From an uncultured Acidimicrobiaceae bacterium (GTDB lineage: Bacteria > Actinomycetota > Acidimicrobiia > Acidimicrobiales > RAAP-2), in NCBI GenBank assembly GCA_963770635.1, contig CAVYQI010000003.1, positions 500,488 to 564,487 of the forward strand: a DNA stretch of 64,000 bases, in the 5' to 3' direction. The notes under the pieces are model-generated. The model was not told the DNA's origin. It saw only the letters and a program-made list of their open reading frames with translations, and made no database searches. Below, piece after piece: positions 27,134 to 36,814 of this stretch (position 1 is its first letter; each line of letters opens with the position of its first letter). Made by a program: the position numbers and the translations under genes.

Positions 27134-28332
27134 GGCCGGCAGACCTCCGGGAGCGGCCACCGGTACAGCGCGGCGGCGTTCTGGTGGGTCATCTTCCGGA
27201 GGTCGTCCACCGGCAGGTGACCCCAGGCCCGGTGGATGACGTCCTGGGTGTCGGGCCAGGTCGAGTCGCCGTGCGGGTAGTCCACCTCCACCATCACGTG
27301 GTCGATGCCGATCCGGTCGCGGGTGTCGATGGTGGAGGGGTCGTCGATGGTGCAGAACCAGAAGTTGCGCTGCAGCACGTCGGCGGGCCGCTCGGTGCCG
27401 CCGGCGAACTGCTGCCCGTAGCCCGAGCGGTCGACGATGTTGTCGAGCCGGTCGAGGAGCATGGCCACCCACCCGATGCCACCCTCGCTCATGGCGATCT
27501 TGATGCCGGGGAAGCGGACGGGGAGTCCCGACCACAACCATTCGGCACAGGCGGTCAGCGACAGCTGGCCGAACAGCGTGGCCCCGAGGGCGACCAGGGG
27601 CGAGTCGGCGGGAAGGTCGTCCCCGATCCCCGACGACCCGACGTGCAACGAGATGACGGTGTCGGTCTCCTGGCAGGCGGCGATGACCGGGTCCCAGTAG
27701 GAGGTGAAGATCGACGGCAGCCCGATCTTGTGGGGTCGCTCGGGCAGGGTCACCGAACGGAAGCCCCGGGCGGCGTTGCGCCGGATCTCCTCGGCGCCGA
27801 GCTCGGGGTCGGAGAGGTTGGTGATCCCGCCGGGGATGATCCGGTCGGGGTAGGGCTGCCACCACGCCTCGTACATCCAGTCGTTCCAGGCCCGGGTGAC
27901 CGCCGCCCCCAGCTCGGGGTCGGACGCCCCGGAGAATACCCGGCCGCAGAAGCCGGTGATCTGGGAGGGGAAGTTGAGCGACGCCCACACCCCGTTGATG
28001 TCCATGTCCCGGATGCGCTCGTCGATGTTCCAACACCCCGGCCGCATGTCCTCGAACCGGGTGGGCTCGAGGGTCACCGACTCCGGCCGGCGACCGGCCA
28101 CCGCGTTCATCCCCACCTGGGTGTAGCGCTGGCCGTCGAACTCCCAGAGTTGGTGGCCGAATCGGTTCTCCACCACCTTGGGGGCGAGGTCCTGGAACCG
28201 GGCCGGCAGCCGACCCTCGAACATGTCGGGCGGTTCGACCAGATGGTCGTCGACCGAGATCACCGTGTACCGCTGGGTCCGCGGCTCGGGATCGGGCAGC
28301 AACCCGACTCCTGACGTTCCCCCCTGTGCCAT
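27130..28332 (-). CDS. amidohydrolase-2 family protein (ACMSD-like metal hydrolase)
   Basis: VISVDDHLVEPPDMF N-terminal metal-ligand context and DYPHGDSTWP C-terminal motif; 400 aa. It overlaps the downstream gene by 4 nt. Confidence 0.8.
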   Translation of the reverse strand: MAQGGTSGVGLLPDPEPRTQRYTVISVDDHLVEPPDMFEGRLPARFQDLAPKVVENRFGHQLWEFDGQRYTQVGMNAVAGRRPESVTLEPTRFEDMRPGCWNIDERIRDMDINGVWASLNFPSQITGFCGRVFSGASDPELGAAVTRAWNDWMYEAWWQPYPDRIIPGGITNLSDPELGAEEIRRNAARGFRSVTLPERPHKIGLPSIFTSYWDPVIAACQETDTVISLHVGSSGIGDDLPADSPLVALGATLFGQLSLTACAEWLWSGLPVRFPGIKIAMSEGGIGWVAMLLDRLDNIVDRSGYGQQFAGGTERPADVLQRNFWFCTIDDPSTIDTRDRIGIDHVMVEVDYPHGDSTWPDTQDVIHRAWGHLPVDDLRKMTHQNAAALYRWPLPEVCRP

Positions 28333-28449
28333 CTGGCTCCTGACCCGACCACTCGTGAGCGCGACCCCGGCCAGTGGTGCTGGCCGATTGCCGCCCGTTC
28401 GGTGGGCTCGTGTGTTCGCTGTGCCTATGTTGGCGCAACGGGCGGTCGG

Positions 28450-29352
28450 ATGGTAGTTGAGAGGCCCCCTGTACGCCGGCGGGCCGTCGTCGACCCGGTG
28501 GCCATCGCCGGGGTTCTGGCTCGTAGACCTATCATTTTCCTTGTGAAGCGCCAGAGCCGATCGGCCCCCAAGCGCTACGACGACCAGGTCGCCGTGGTCA
28601 CCGGAGCGTCATCGGGGATCGGGCACCGGCTGGCATCGGACCTCGCCGCCCGCGGCGCCACGGTGGTGGGGTTGGCGCGACGCCAGGATCTCCTCGCCCA
28701 ACTCGAGAAGGTGCTGCAATCATCGACGCCGTCCAGCTCCACCCGGGTTTGTGATGTCGGCGACACGGCTTCGTATCAGCAGGCCCTCGGCGAGATCGAA
28801 GACCAGCACGGGCGCATCGACGTGCTCATCAACAACGCCGGCATCGAAGGGCTCACCCCGGCGGCCGAGGGGCTGTCGCCCGCCTATCGTCAGATCTTCG
28901 ATGTGAATTTCTTCGGCGTCGTAACCGGCACCCTCGCGGTCGTGCCGGGGATGCTGGCCCGCGGATCCGGGATCGTGGTCAACGTCTCATCCGACGCGGC
29001 CCGGGCGCCCGAGCCCGGACACGGAGCCTACGGAGCGTCCAAGGCCGCCGTCGCGGCGTTCACCGAATCTATAGCCCATGAGGTCGCCGATCGGGGCGTT
29101 CACGTCCACGTCCTGTATCCGGCCTGGGTGCCGACCACGATGGGGATGTCAGGGCTGGATGACGGCGGGTCACTGCCTCCCAAAGCCGTCCGGAGAACCG
29201 TGGCCCAAGTGTCGGAGTTGGTGCTCAGGCGCATGGGTGGGTCCCGCACGGAGATCAATGCCTCCGCGTTGCCGATGTTGGCGCCGATCGGGCGCAGCAT
29301 CGCGCCGGTTTCCTACCAGCGGGCCATGCGCCATCGGGCCCGAGAAGGCTGA
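28450..29352 (+). CDS. SDR-family oxidoreductase
   Basis: VAVVTGASSGIGHRLA (TGxxxGIG), NNAG and YGASKAAV catalytic motifs. The start could be 28402 or 28450. Confidence 0.85.
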   Translation: MVVERPPVRRRAVVDPVAIAGVLARRPIIFLVKRQSRSAPKRYDDQVAVVTGASSGIGHRLASDLAARGATVVGLARRQDLLAQLEKVLQSSTPSSSTRVCDVGDTASYQQALGEIEDQHGRIDVLINNAGIEGLTPAAEGLSPAYRQIFDVNFFGVVTGTLAVVPGMLARGSGIVVNVSSDAARAPEPGHGAYGASKAAVAAFTESIAHEVADRGVHVHVLYPAWVPTTMGMSGLDDGGSLPPKAVRRTVAQVSELVLRRMGGSRTEINASALPMLAPIGRSIAPVSYQRAMRHRAREG

Positions 29353-29384
29353 CCGGGGGTAGCGCTCCCGCCTGTCGTGGTGAC

Positions 29385-30809
29385 TCAGATGTCGTAGTAG
29401 AGCATGAACTCCCACGGGTGGGGGCGAAGGCGCACCGCATCGATCTCGTTCATCCTCTTGAAGTCGATCCACGTCTCGATGAGATCGTCGGTGAAGACTC
29501 CCCCCTCAGTGAGGAACGCCTGATCAGCTTCGAGGGCTTCGAGTGCCTCATCGAGCGAAGACGGGACCTGTCCGACTTTTGCCAGTTCCTCCGGCGGCAG
29601 ATCAAAGAGGTCCTTGTCGACCGGGGCCGGAGGCTCGGTGTGCTTGGCCACACCGTCGAGCCCGGCCATGAGCATGGCGGCAAACGCGAGGTAGGGGTTG
29701 CAGGACGGATCCGGGCACCGGAATTCGACCCGCTTTGCCTTCGGGCTCTTGGAGTACAGCGGTATCCGACACGCCGCCGACCGATTCCGCTGGGAGTACA
29801 CCAGGTTGACCGGCGCCTCGTAACCGGGGACCAACCGTCGGTAGGAATTCGTCGTTGGCGCGGCAAAGGCCAGTACCGCCCTGGCGTGGGCGAGCAAGCC
29901 TCCGGTGTACCAGCGGCCAATGTCAGAAAGTCCCCCGTAGCCGGTCTCCGAATAGAACAGCGGCTCCCCGCCATTCCAGAGGGACTGGTGGACGTGCATG
30001 CCGGATCCGTTGTCCTCGAACAACGGTTTCGGCATGAAGGTGGCGGTATATCCGGCCTTGTCCGCCACGCTCTTGACGACGTATTTGTAGAGCATCAACT
30101 TGTCGGCCATCGAGAGCAGGGTGTCGAACCGCATGTCGATCTCCGCCTGACCCGCGGTGCCGACTTCGTGGTGCTGGACCTCGATTTCGATCCCCAGCCG
30201 TTCCATGGTCAGGATCATCTCCGAACGCAGGTCCTGAAAGTGGTCCATGGGAGGGACCGGAAAATACCCTTCCTTGTACCGGGGCTTGTAGCCGAGGTTC
30301 GGCTGTTCATCACGCCCCGAGTTCCAACAGCCTTCGACGGAGTCCACCTGGTAAAACGCCGAGTGCTGGTCCTGGGAAAATCGAACGTCGTCGAAGATGA
30401 AGAACTCCGCCTCCGGCCCGAAATACACGGTGTCGGCGATCCCGGTCGATTGCAGGTACCGCTCCGCCTTCAGCGCGACGTAACGGGGATCTCGGTTGTA
30501 ACTCTCCCCGGTCACCGGATCGTGGACGAAGCAGTTCAAGTTGAGCGTCTTGTGCTCTCGGAATTCGTCGACGACGGCGGTGGCGGGATCCGGGAGCAGG
30601 ATCATGTCCGACTCTTCAATCGCCTGAAACCCGCGGATCGACGAGCCGTCGAACCCGTAGCCTTCCGCGAACGCATCTTCGGTGAGCAGGTGCGCCGGAA
30701 TGGAGAAGTGCTGCATCAGACCGGGAAGGTCGCAGAACCTCAGGTCGACAACTTCGATGCCTTCGTCCGCAGTCAGGCGGACAACGTCGGCGACACTACG
30801 ATTCTGCAT
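29385..30809 (-). CDS. glnA: glutamine synthetase, type I
   Basis: Full-length GSI pattern ([56 protein letters not shown]). ATG 30809 is preceded by GGAGGAG; the ORF-track start 30836 is less likely. Confidence 0.9.
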   Translation of the reverse strand: MQNRSVADVVRLTADEGIEVVDLRFCDLPGLMQHFSIPAHLLTEDAFAEGYGFDGSSIRGFQAIEESDMILLPDPATAVVDEFREHKTLNLNCFVHDPVTGESYNRDPRYVALKAERYLQSTGIADTVYFGPEAEFFIFDDVRFSQDQHSAFYQVDSVEGCWNSGRDEQPNLGYKPRYKEGYFPVPPMDHFQDLRSEMILTMERLGIEIEVQHHEVGTAGQAEIDMRFDTLLSMADKLMLYKYVVKSVADKAGYTATFMPKPLFEDNGSGMHVHQSLWNGGEPLFYSETGYGGLSDIGRWYTGGLLAHARAVLAFAAPTTNSYRRLVPGYEAPVNLVYSQRNRSAACRIPLYSKSPKAKRVEFRCPDPSCNPYLAFAAMLMAGLDGVAKHTEPPAPVDKDLFDLPPEELAKVGQVPSSLDEALEALEADQAFLTEGGVFTDDLIETWIDFKRMNEIDAVRLRPHPWEFMLYYDI

Positions 30810-30949
30810 TTCTCCTCCTCGTCCGGGCTGGCTCACGCCATGAGACTCTCAAGAACGGAACATGGTTCAGTTTGAAGTGATTGTTCCTAGCTGGCAATGC
30901 CGTTTACCTGATCATGATGAACGGACGATGAATTCTTCAATTCTGCTGC
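30810..30949. promoter_or_regulatory. glnA upstream region (AT-rich, repeated xxAAC half-sites and a short palindrome)
   Basis: On the glnA sense strand: CCGTTCATCATGATCAGGTAAACGG (ATCATGAT palindrome core), then GTAAAC, AGGAAC, TCAAAC, TGAAC-CAT-GTTC. The assignment to a regulator is unverified. Confidence 0.3.
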
Positions 30950-32509
30950 CTAGGATCCTCGGCCGGCGGCTCGGCCGGCCAGCACTGGATCGTCGAAGAA
31001 AGTGCGGAGGCGCAGCCACGCCGGAGGCAGCCCGCCGTAGACGAGGACGCCCTCGCCCGGTGGGATACGGCGGAGGGCGTGCGGGGGTGCCAACCGGCGG
31101 TTGGAGGGTGACCGGGTGGTGGTCGGCCCGCCCTGGCCACCGGAGGTGAATGCCGGGAGCAACACCTCCTCGTCCCCGATCAAGTGGCTGGCGTAGTCGA
31201 GGGTCGAGGGATCGGAGATGCCCGAGAGGAAGACCTTGGCCCGGTGGTTGTTGACCACGGTCGACGATCGGGTGCCGTAGCGGGCGGTGATCTGGGCGAG
31301 GTCGTGCCAGATGCTGACCAGCTGGACTCCGTGGCCGGCGGCGGTGGCGGCCACCGAGTCGAGGTCGGAGAGCGGAGCAATATTGGCCGCCTCGTCCAGC
31401 ACCACCAGCAGCGGTGGATCGAGCGGGATCCCGGACCGGGTGACCGAGTCGTAGACGTGTTCGAGCATCTGGCGGAGGACGGCAGTGAACAACGGGCTCA
31501 AGCGACGCTGATCGTGGGCCGGGGCACAGAGGTAGAGGGTGTTGTGACCGGAGACCAACCGGGACACGTCAATGTCCGGTTGGTCGTCGTCCTCGATGCC
31601 GCCGTCCGCTTCTTCGCCGAACGGCTCGAGGATCGTCTCGACGGTGGTGTAGATCGAGCTGCGCTGGCGCTCCTCCTTGCCGAACAACGAATGGGCGGCA
31701 GCCACCGCCTCTGCTACCCCGGCGGCAGAGAGGAGATCGAGGACCTCGGCTTCCTCCTGGGTGTCCACCCACCGGACCACGTCGGTCATCCGCCGACCTC
31801 CGGAGGCGGCGGCGAACAGCAGCGGCGCCAGCATCTTGGTGGCGGTGGCGTACCAGAAGTCACCGTCGCCCATGGTCCCGGCCGAGGTCCTGCCTACATC
31901 GGTCATCGACGACGCCACCCGCCGGGCCCCGGGCCAGGTCCGGGCGGCCGGCAGCGGCGACCAACCCGCGGACGGAAGGCCGGTGGACCCGGAGGGATCG
32001 AAGCAGGCCACCTCGCCCCGACGGCGGCGGTAGGCGATGGTGTCCCCCACCAGGTCGGCCTTCACGCTGGTGGCGATCACCGGTCCCTCCCATTCCAGGA
32101 TGGACGGCACCGCGAAGCCGGTTGTCTTGCGCGACTGGGTAGGCCCGAACACGATCACCGACTGACGCGGCTCGGTCGCCAGCAACCGCTTCCCGGCCCA
32201 GCCGAGCACCAGACGCCCGGACGCCGCCGGCGTCGGAGGTGTCGCCCGCTTCGCCCCCGGGGGGCCCACCGCCAACGACCGCAGTTCACCGGGCCGCGCC
32301 CACCGGGCGTCGGCCGGGCTCCGATCACCCCCTCGCCGGCTGCTCCGGTGACGGCTCACCCGCGTCCGGAGGCGCCGAGGCGCCGCCGTCCGATCCGAGA
32401 ACACGCCCGCCCGGTGCCGGCCCGGACCCGGACGGTGCCGGCCGATCAGACCGGCGGCGGCCAAACCCGCGAGTCCGACCATCGTGCTGGTCACGGTGGA
32501 CACGCTCAT
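30950..32509 (-). CDS. type IV secretion coupling protein (VirD4/TraG/TraD family)
   Basis: N-terminal hydrophobic anchor, Walker A FGPTQSRKTTGF, Walker B-like LLVVLDEAANI, and GVQLVSIWHDLAQ / HRAKVFLSG blocks typical of T4CPs. Confidence 0.85.
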   Translation of the reverse strand: MSVSTVTSTMVGLAGLAAAGLIGRHRPGPGRHRAGVFSDRTAAPRRLRTRVSRHRSSRRGGDRSPADARWARPGELRSLAVGPPGAKRATPPTPAASGRLVLGWAGKRLLATEPRQSVIVFGPTQSRKTTGFAVPSILEWEGPVIATSVKADLVGDTIAYRRRRGEVACFDPSGSTGLPSAGWSPLPAARTWPGARRVASSMTDVGRTSAGTMGDGDFWYATATKMLAPLLFAAASGGRRMTDVVRWVDTQEEAEVLDLLSAAGVAEAVAAAHSLFGKEERQRSSIYTTVETILEPFGEEADGGIEDDDQPDIDVSRLVSGHNTLYLCAPAHDQRRLSPLFTAVLRQMLEHVYDSVTRSGIPLDPPLLVVLDEAANIAPLSDLDSVAATAAGHGVQLVSIWHDLAQITARYGTRSSTVVNNHRAKVFLSGISDPSTLDYASHLIGDEEVLLPAFTSGGQGGPTTTRSPSNRRLAPPHALRRIPPGEGVLVYGGLPPAWLRLRTFFDDPVLAGRAAGRGS

Positions 32510-32514
32510 GGCCC

Positions 32515-33843
32515 CTACCGGTGGTCCGGCTCCCCGATCATCGCCGCGTCGGTGTCGATCAGTTCACGTTCGCTCGACGCCAGCCGGTGCTCGACCAGAA
32601 ACGACCGTCGCCCCACCTTCCACAGCGCCAGGCCGCGGCGCAGCTGGGTGACCAGCGCCGCTTCGGTGGCGGTGAGGCCGAGCAATTCACCGGTCCTCTC
32701 CACCTCACCGGGGGACTGGGCATAGACCACCCGGGTCTCGGAGTCCGCCAACAGCCCTTCGGCCAACCCGACCTGCTCGGAGTCGCTGGCCCCCACCGCC
32801 CGCAGGTCCGACATCCGGTGGAGCACGGCGATGTTGGCGATGCCCAGGGCCCGGGAGAGCTTCCAGGACGCTTGCAGCCACCGGGCCACCCCGAGATTGG
32901 AGAGGATGGCCCAGGCCTCATCCACCACCACGATGACCCGGTGCCGGTGCTCGGCCACCACCGCGTTCTGGAGCCAGGCGGTGGCACAGGCCATCAGGAC
33001 GCCGAGGGCGGGCGAGTTGTACACCGCCGCCAGGTCGAGCACCACCAACGGTGCATCGAGGCGGAGCCCCGGGGTGGTCGGCCCGTCGAACATCCCCCGC
33101 AGGTCACCGTGCACCAGGCGGCGAAGCTCGAGGGCTACGTCCCGTCCATCCTCCATCAACGTGAGCTGATCGGTGCGGAGCTGTCCGGCGGCGTCCGGGC
33201 TCGGATCCAACAGCGACTCGACCACATCGGGAAGCGTCGGCGCCGGACAGTTGGCGGCCGACGATCTGCGGGTGGCCTCGGTCAGGGCGGCGTCGATGGC
33301 GGCCCGCTCTCTCGGCACCAGGTCCCGCCCCAGGCAGGCGACCGCCAACGACGCGGTGAGCTCGACCCGGCGGCGGCCGACTCCATCGCCGGCCTCCTGG
33401 CCGTCGAGGCCCTCTTCCGTTCGGTGGTCAGGGGGGACGGAACCGCCGGGAGCCGGAGCGGTGTCCAGCGGGTTGAGCCGCACCGAACCGCCCGGGCGCA
33501 GGGCCACCGGCACCACTCCCCAGGCTCGGGCCAACGGTCCGTACTCGCCCTTCGGATCGACCACCCACGCCCGGCGGCCGAACACCGCCTGTCGCCACAG
33601 GTACGACTTCACGAACGAGCTCTTGCCCCGGCCGATCTGTCCGAACACCACCATGTTCGGATTGGTGATCAGTCCTTTCTGATAGAGCACAAACGGGTCG
33701 TAGACGAACGACCCGCCCAGCACGTCCCGACCGATCAGCACCCCCTGATGCCCGAGACCCGCCTCGGTGGCGAGCGGGTAGGCGACACTCAGGTGCCGGG
33801 TGGTGGCAACGTGGGCGGGCACCCTCGGCATCGGCGCGCTCAT
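32515..33843 (-). CDS. VirB4-like conjugation ATPase (C-terminal ATPase-domain type)
   Basis: Walker A VVFGQIGRGKSSFVKS and Walker B VIVVVDEAWAIL. It overlaps the upstream gene by 4 nt and sits 5 nt from the T4CP gene. Confidence 0.75.
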   Translation of the reverse strand: MSAPMPRVPAHVATTRHLSVAYPLATEAGLGHQGVLIGRDVLGGSFVYDPFVLYQKGLITNPNMVVFGQIGRGKSSFVKSYLWRQAVFGRRAWVVDPKGEYGPLARAWGVVPVALRPGGSVRLNPLDTAPAPGGSVPPDHRTEEGLDGQEAGDGVGRRRVELTASLAVACLGRDLVPRERAAIDAALTEATRRSSAANCPAPTLPDVVESLLDPSPDAAGQLRTDQLTLMEDGRDVALELRRLVHGDLRGMFDGPTTPGLRLDAPLVVLDLAAVYNSPALGVLMACATAWLQNAVVAEHRHRVIVVVDEAWAILSNLGVARWLQASWKLSRALGIANIAVLHRMSDLRAVGASDSEQVGLAEGLLADSETRVVYAQSPGEVERTGELLGLTATEAALVTQLRRGLALWKVGRRSFLVEHRLASSERELIDTDAAMIGEPDHR

Positions 33844-35423
33844 GTCAGACCCCGGCCCAACGGCAGGGTGCAGGCGAAGGCCACATCCTGTTCGCCGTAG
33901 AGCAGACGGAGCTCCATCCGGGTCTGTCCGGCAGCCTGTTCGACTGACCCGCAGGCATCCCGCAGCTCATCGGGGCTGTCGGCGGTGACGGTGACGTACC
34001 CCGAGAACCGGTACTGGGCGTGCCCGTCGGCCAGTTCGACGTCCCGGTGTTCGGCCCCTTCCTTTTCGCGGGTTTGGCGGGCGGTGATCAGAAACCCGCC
34101 CCGTCGGCGCAGTTCGCCGTCGGCGATGTCGGCCGTCCGGGCCTGGGCGACCTGTCGGGCGGCCCGGATGGGGCTCACCGGCTCCATCACCAACGAAATG
34201 GACCGGCGGAGGGGCGAGAACAGCAACGGCCCCAAGAAGTCGGGGGTCACGTCGGTCCGGGGCCACTCGGCGATCCAGTAGGTGGTGTGCCAGGTGGCAT
34301 CGACGTGGACCGACTCCCATTCCGGCTCGATGACCATCGGCCACGGGTATCCGGGTGACCGCCGGCCCCCCGGCTCGGCCGAGGCTCGGTCGACGACGGT
34401 CCCCGCCTCCGGGCCGGCACCCCCGACCGAGCTCAACGGTGCCGACGTCTCCCGCATCACCGACGCCAGTGCTCGGGGTCCGAGGATCCCCTCGACGGTG
34501 GCATCGGCTTCCTCCACCAGTCGTTGCAGTGCCACCACTTCACGCAACAGCACCGTCGCCACCCCGGCGTCTCCCCCGCCCGATGCCCGAATGGCCCTTG
34601 ACGAGTGGGCGGTGTGGATGGACAGCGCCAGCAGCACCCGGTGGCGGCGGGTGACCGGGGCGGACTGATCGACCAGGGACTGATAGGAACGGCCGGGCGC
34701 GGTCTCCAACCCCAACTCGGCGTGGGCCAGCTGATGATCGCGCACGGCACTCCCGTCGTCGGGAAGGCATGACTCCACCCACTGCACCCGGTGGACCGCC
34801 GATCCCTCCCGGGCCATCGAGGCCAGTACCCGCGCCCAGGCGGCGATCCGGGAGTCCTGTTCCACCGGTCCGAGGAGGGCAAAACTGTGGCCCTGCACCG
34901 CCAACACCGCGGTCGCGGTGCGGGCGCGGGCATCCGTCACCACCCCGGCGACCGGGGCGCCGGGGTTGTCCCCGACCCGCACCGGTTCGATACGGAGCCC
35001 GTCGAAGACTCCCGGCGGCCGGGCACGACGACGGTCGGGACGAGCAGATCGAACGGTGGGCGTCCCGTCGGGGCCGAGATCCATATCGGCCAGATGGCCG
35101 AGCCCGGGAGCGCTGGAGTGGTGCCGGTGTCCTCCCCGCAACTCGGCCACCAGCCACCTGAGCACCAACGGGAACCACTGCTCACCGGTTCGTCCTCGCA
35201 GGGGCCAGCACGCCACCGCCACCCCGATGCCGGCAAAGGCCAGGGCTCCGAGGACGCCCACCACCGAAGGATGAGACCGGAGGGCGAGCACCCCGAACAC
35301 CAATCCGGTTGCCACCGAACCGATCTGCCCACCTCTCCATCCGGCGATCAGTCCCCGCCGCTCGAGGGGGCCGAACCGGTAGCGCATCCGCTCGGCTCGC
35401 ACCCGGCTCTCGGACACGCTCAC
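33840..35423 (-). CDS. membrane-anchored T4SS-associated protein (VirB3/VirB4 N-domain-like; resembles actinobacterial SCO6880-type proteins)
   Basis: Two N-terminal TM helices (IGSVATGLVFGVLAL, VVGVLGALAFAGIGVAVAC) followed by a ~450-aa soluble domain. It is translationally coupled to the ATPase gene. The family name is from memory, not searched. Confidence 0.55.
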   Translation of the reverse strand: MSVSESRVRAERMRYRFGPLERRGLIAGWRGGQIGSVATGLVFGVLALRSHPSVVGVLGALAFAGIGVAVACWPLRGRTGEQWFPLVLRWLVAELRGGHRHHSSAPGLGHLADMDLGPDGTPTVRSARPDRRRARPPGVFDGLRIEPVRVGDNPGAPVAGVVTDARARTATAVLAVQGHSFALLGPVEQDSRIAAWARVLASMAREGSAVHRVQWVESCLPDDGSAVRDHQLAHAELGLETAPGRSYQSLVDQSAPVTRRHRVLLALSIHTAHSSRAIRASGGGDAGVATVLLREVVALQRLVEEADATVEGILGPRALASVMRETSAPLSSVGGAGPEAGTVVDRASAEPGGRRSPGYPWPMVIEPEWESVHVDATWHTTYWIAEWPRTDVTPDFLGPLLFSPLRRSISLVMEPVSPIRAARQVAQARTADIADGELRRRGGFLITARQTREKEGAEHRDVELADGHAQYRFSGYVTVTADSPDELRDACGSVEQAAGQTRMELRLLYGEQDVAFACTLPLGRGLT

Positions 35424-36772
35424 CGCGTCGTCGTCAGCGACTTGTCAGTGCTCGAACCGGTTGTCACTGCGGCCGGGCGCGCTTCGCCGGCCGGTGACCC
35501 GTCGGACCCGTCGCCCGCTTCCATCACGTTGGTGTAGACCTCGCCCGCGGCTGGATGCGGGCTACGCATCGACACGTTCGCCCCTGGTGGCGTGGCCGTC
35601 CCGATCCCCTGCCGCTCCAACGATGAGCGGCCGAGGTCCGGGGGCCCGGACCCGGAGCCGGTCTCATCTCCGCCCGCCCCGGAACCACCGCCACCCGCCT
35701 GAGCCGACGCCACCGCCAATCCGACCTCGCTGGTCCCACCGCTGGCGCTGTCCGCCGCCACCCGCATGGCGTGCTGGGCCAGGGTCTTGGGGGGACCGAG
35801 CGCCGTCTGGTAGGCGCGCCGACCGGCACCTTCGAGATGTCCCACCGCTCCCGCTTCCAGAAACGGCAGGAGCCGGAAGAGGGCCCACGGCGCGAAGGCC
35901 GCCAGTAGCAACAGGGCGGCGCCTCCCAGCACATCGGTGAAGCTGCCCTGACCGGCGGTCGAGCCCGCCCCGGACCCGGCCGGCGCCGATCCGGAACCCC
36001 CCGCCAGCGCCCCGGCGGCCAGGCTCAGCACCGACACGATCACGAACTTGCTGAGGATCAAGGCCACCAGGGTGTCGACCAACCGCCGGCACCAGTGGGC
36101 AATGGCCGGCCACGCCAGGCTGGCCAGGGCCAGGGGAAGGAACAGCACCGCGACGTAGATGGCCGCCGAACGGATCAACAGCTCCACCCACAGCAGGAAG
36201 GCTCCGAACACCACCGCCAGTCCGCCGATCAACACCACGAACGTCGGGGTCGCCGGGCCCCCGGTGGCCGGACCGGACAGCGCGGTGATCGTCGAACCGA
36301 AGAAGTGGTTGGCGTCGAGCCCGGCGCCTTGGGCCACGGTGGCACTCATCGAGTCGGTCAGCGCCAGACCCAGTTGAACCAGCTTGACCGCCACCGCGGT
36401 GAGCAGGATGGCCAGCGGGACATTGACGGCCACCGAGCGGATCAGCATCGACGCGCTCTGCCGGTGGATGGCCTGGATCACCCCGAACAACATCAGGGGC
36501 ACGATCACCACTCCCGCCAGTCCGGCCATGGTCCGGAAATGGTCGGCAAACCACGAAGCCCCGAGGTCGACCGAAGTGGTGGCATCCAGGAACGCGCCGA
36601 TCTGCCCGAGCAGCCACACCCCTCCCGCCGACACCCAACCGGCGATGGCGTCGAGCACACTGGACACCCCGAACCCGGCCACCTGGCTCGCCGCCGCGCC
36701 CCGATCCCCCCGGCGGCCTGACACACCGGGCCCAGGCCGGCGGCACCCACCGCGGCGGCCGCCGACGAGCAT
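35420..36772 (-). CDS. polytopic membrane protein, VirB6/TrbL-like
   Basis: At least 6 hydrophobic helices followed by a Gly/Ser-rich tail, in the operon position between the pilin-like and VirB4-like genes. The N-terminus probably extends to ATG 36813 through a frame break near 36699-36702. Confidence 0.6.
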   Translation of the reverse strand: MLVGGRRGGCRRPGPGVSGRRGDRGAAASQVAGFGVSSVLDAIAGWVSAGGVWLLGQIGAFLDATTSVDLGASWFADHFRTMAGLAGVVIVPLMLFGVIQAIHRQSASMLIRSVAVNVPLAILLTAVAVKLVQLGLALTDSMSATVAQGAGLDANHFFGSTITALSGPATGGPATPTFVVLIGGLAVVFGAFLLWVELLIRSAAIYVAVLFLPLALASLAWPAIAHWCRRLVDTLVALILSKFVIVSVLSLAAGALAGGSGSAPAGSGAGSTAGQGSFTDVLGGAALLLLAAFAPWALFRLLPFLEAGAVGHLEGAGRRAYQTALGPPKTLAQHAMRVAADSASGGTSEVGLAVASAQAGGGGSGAGGDETGSGSGPPDLGRSSLERQGIGTATPPGANVSMRSPHPAAGEVYTNVMEAGDGSDGSPAGEARPAAVTTGSSTDKSLTTTR

Positions 36773-36814
36773 CCCAGACCCGGGATCGACGGGATCCCGA
36801 TGGCGGCCAACATC

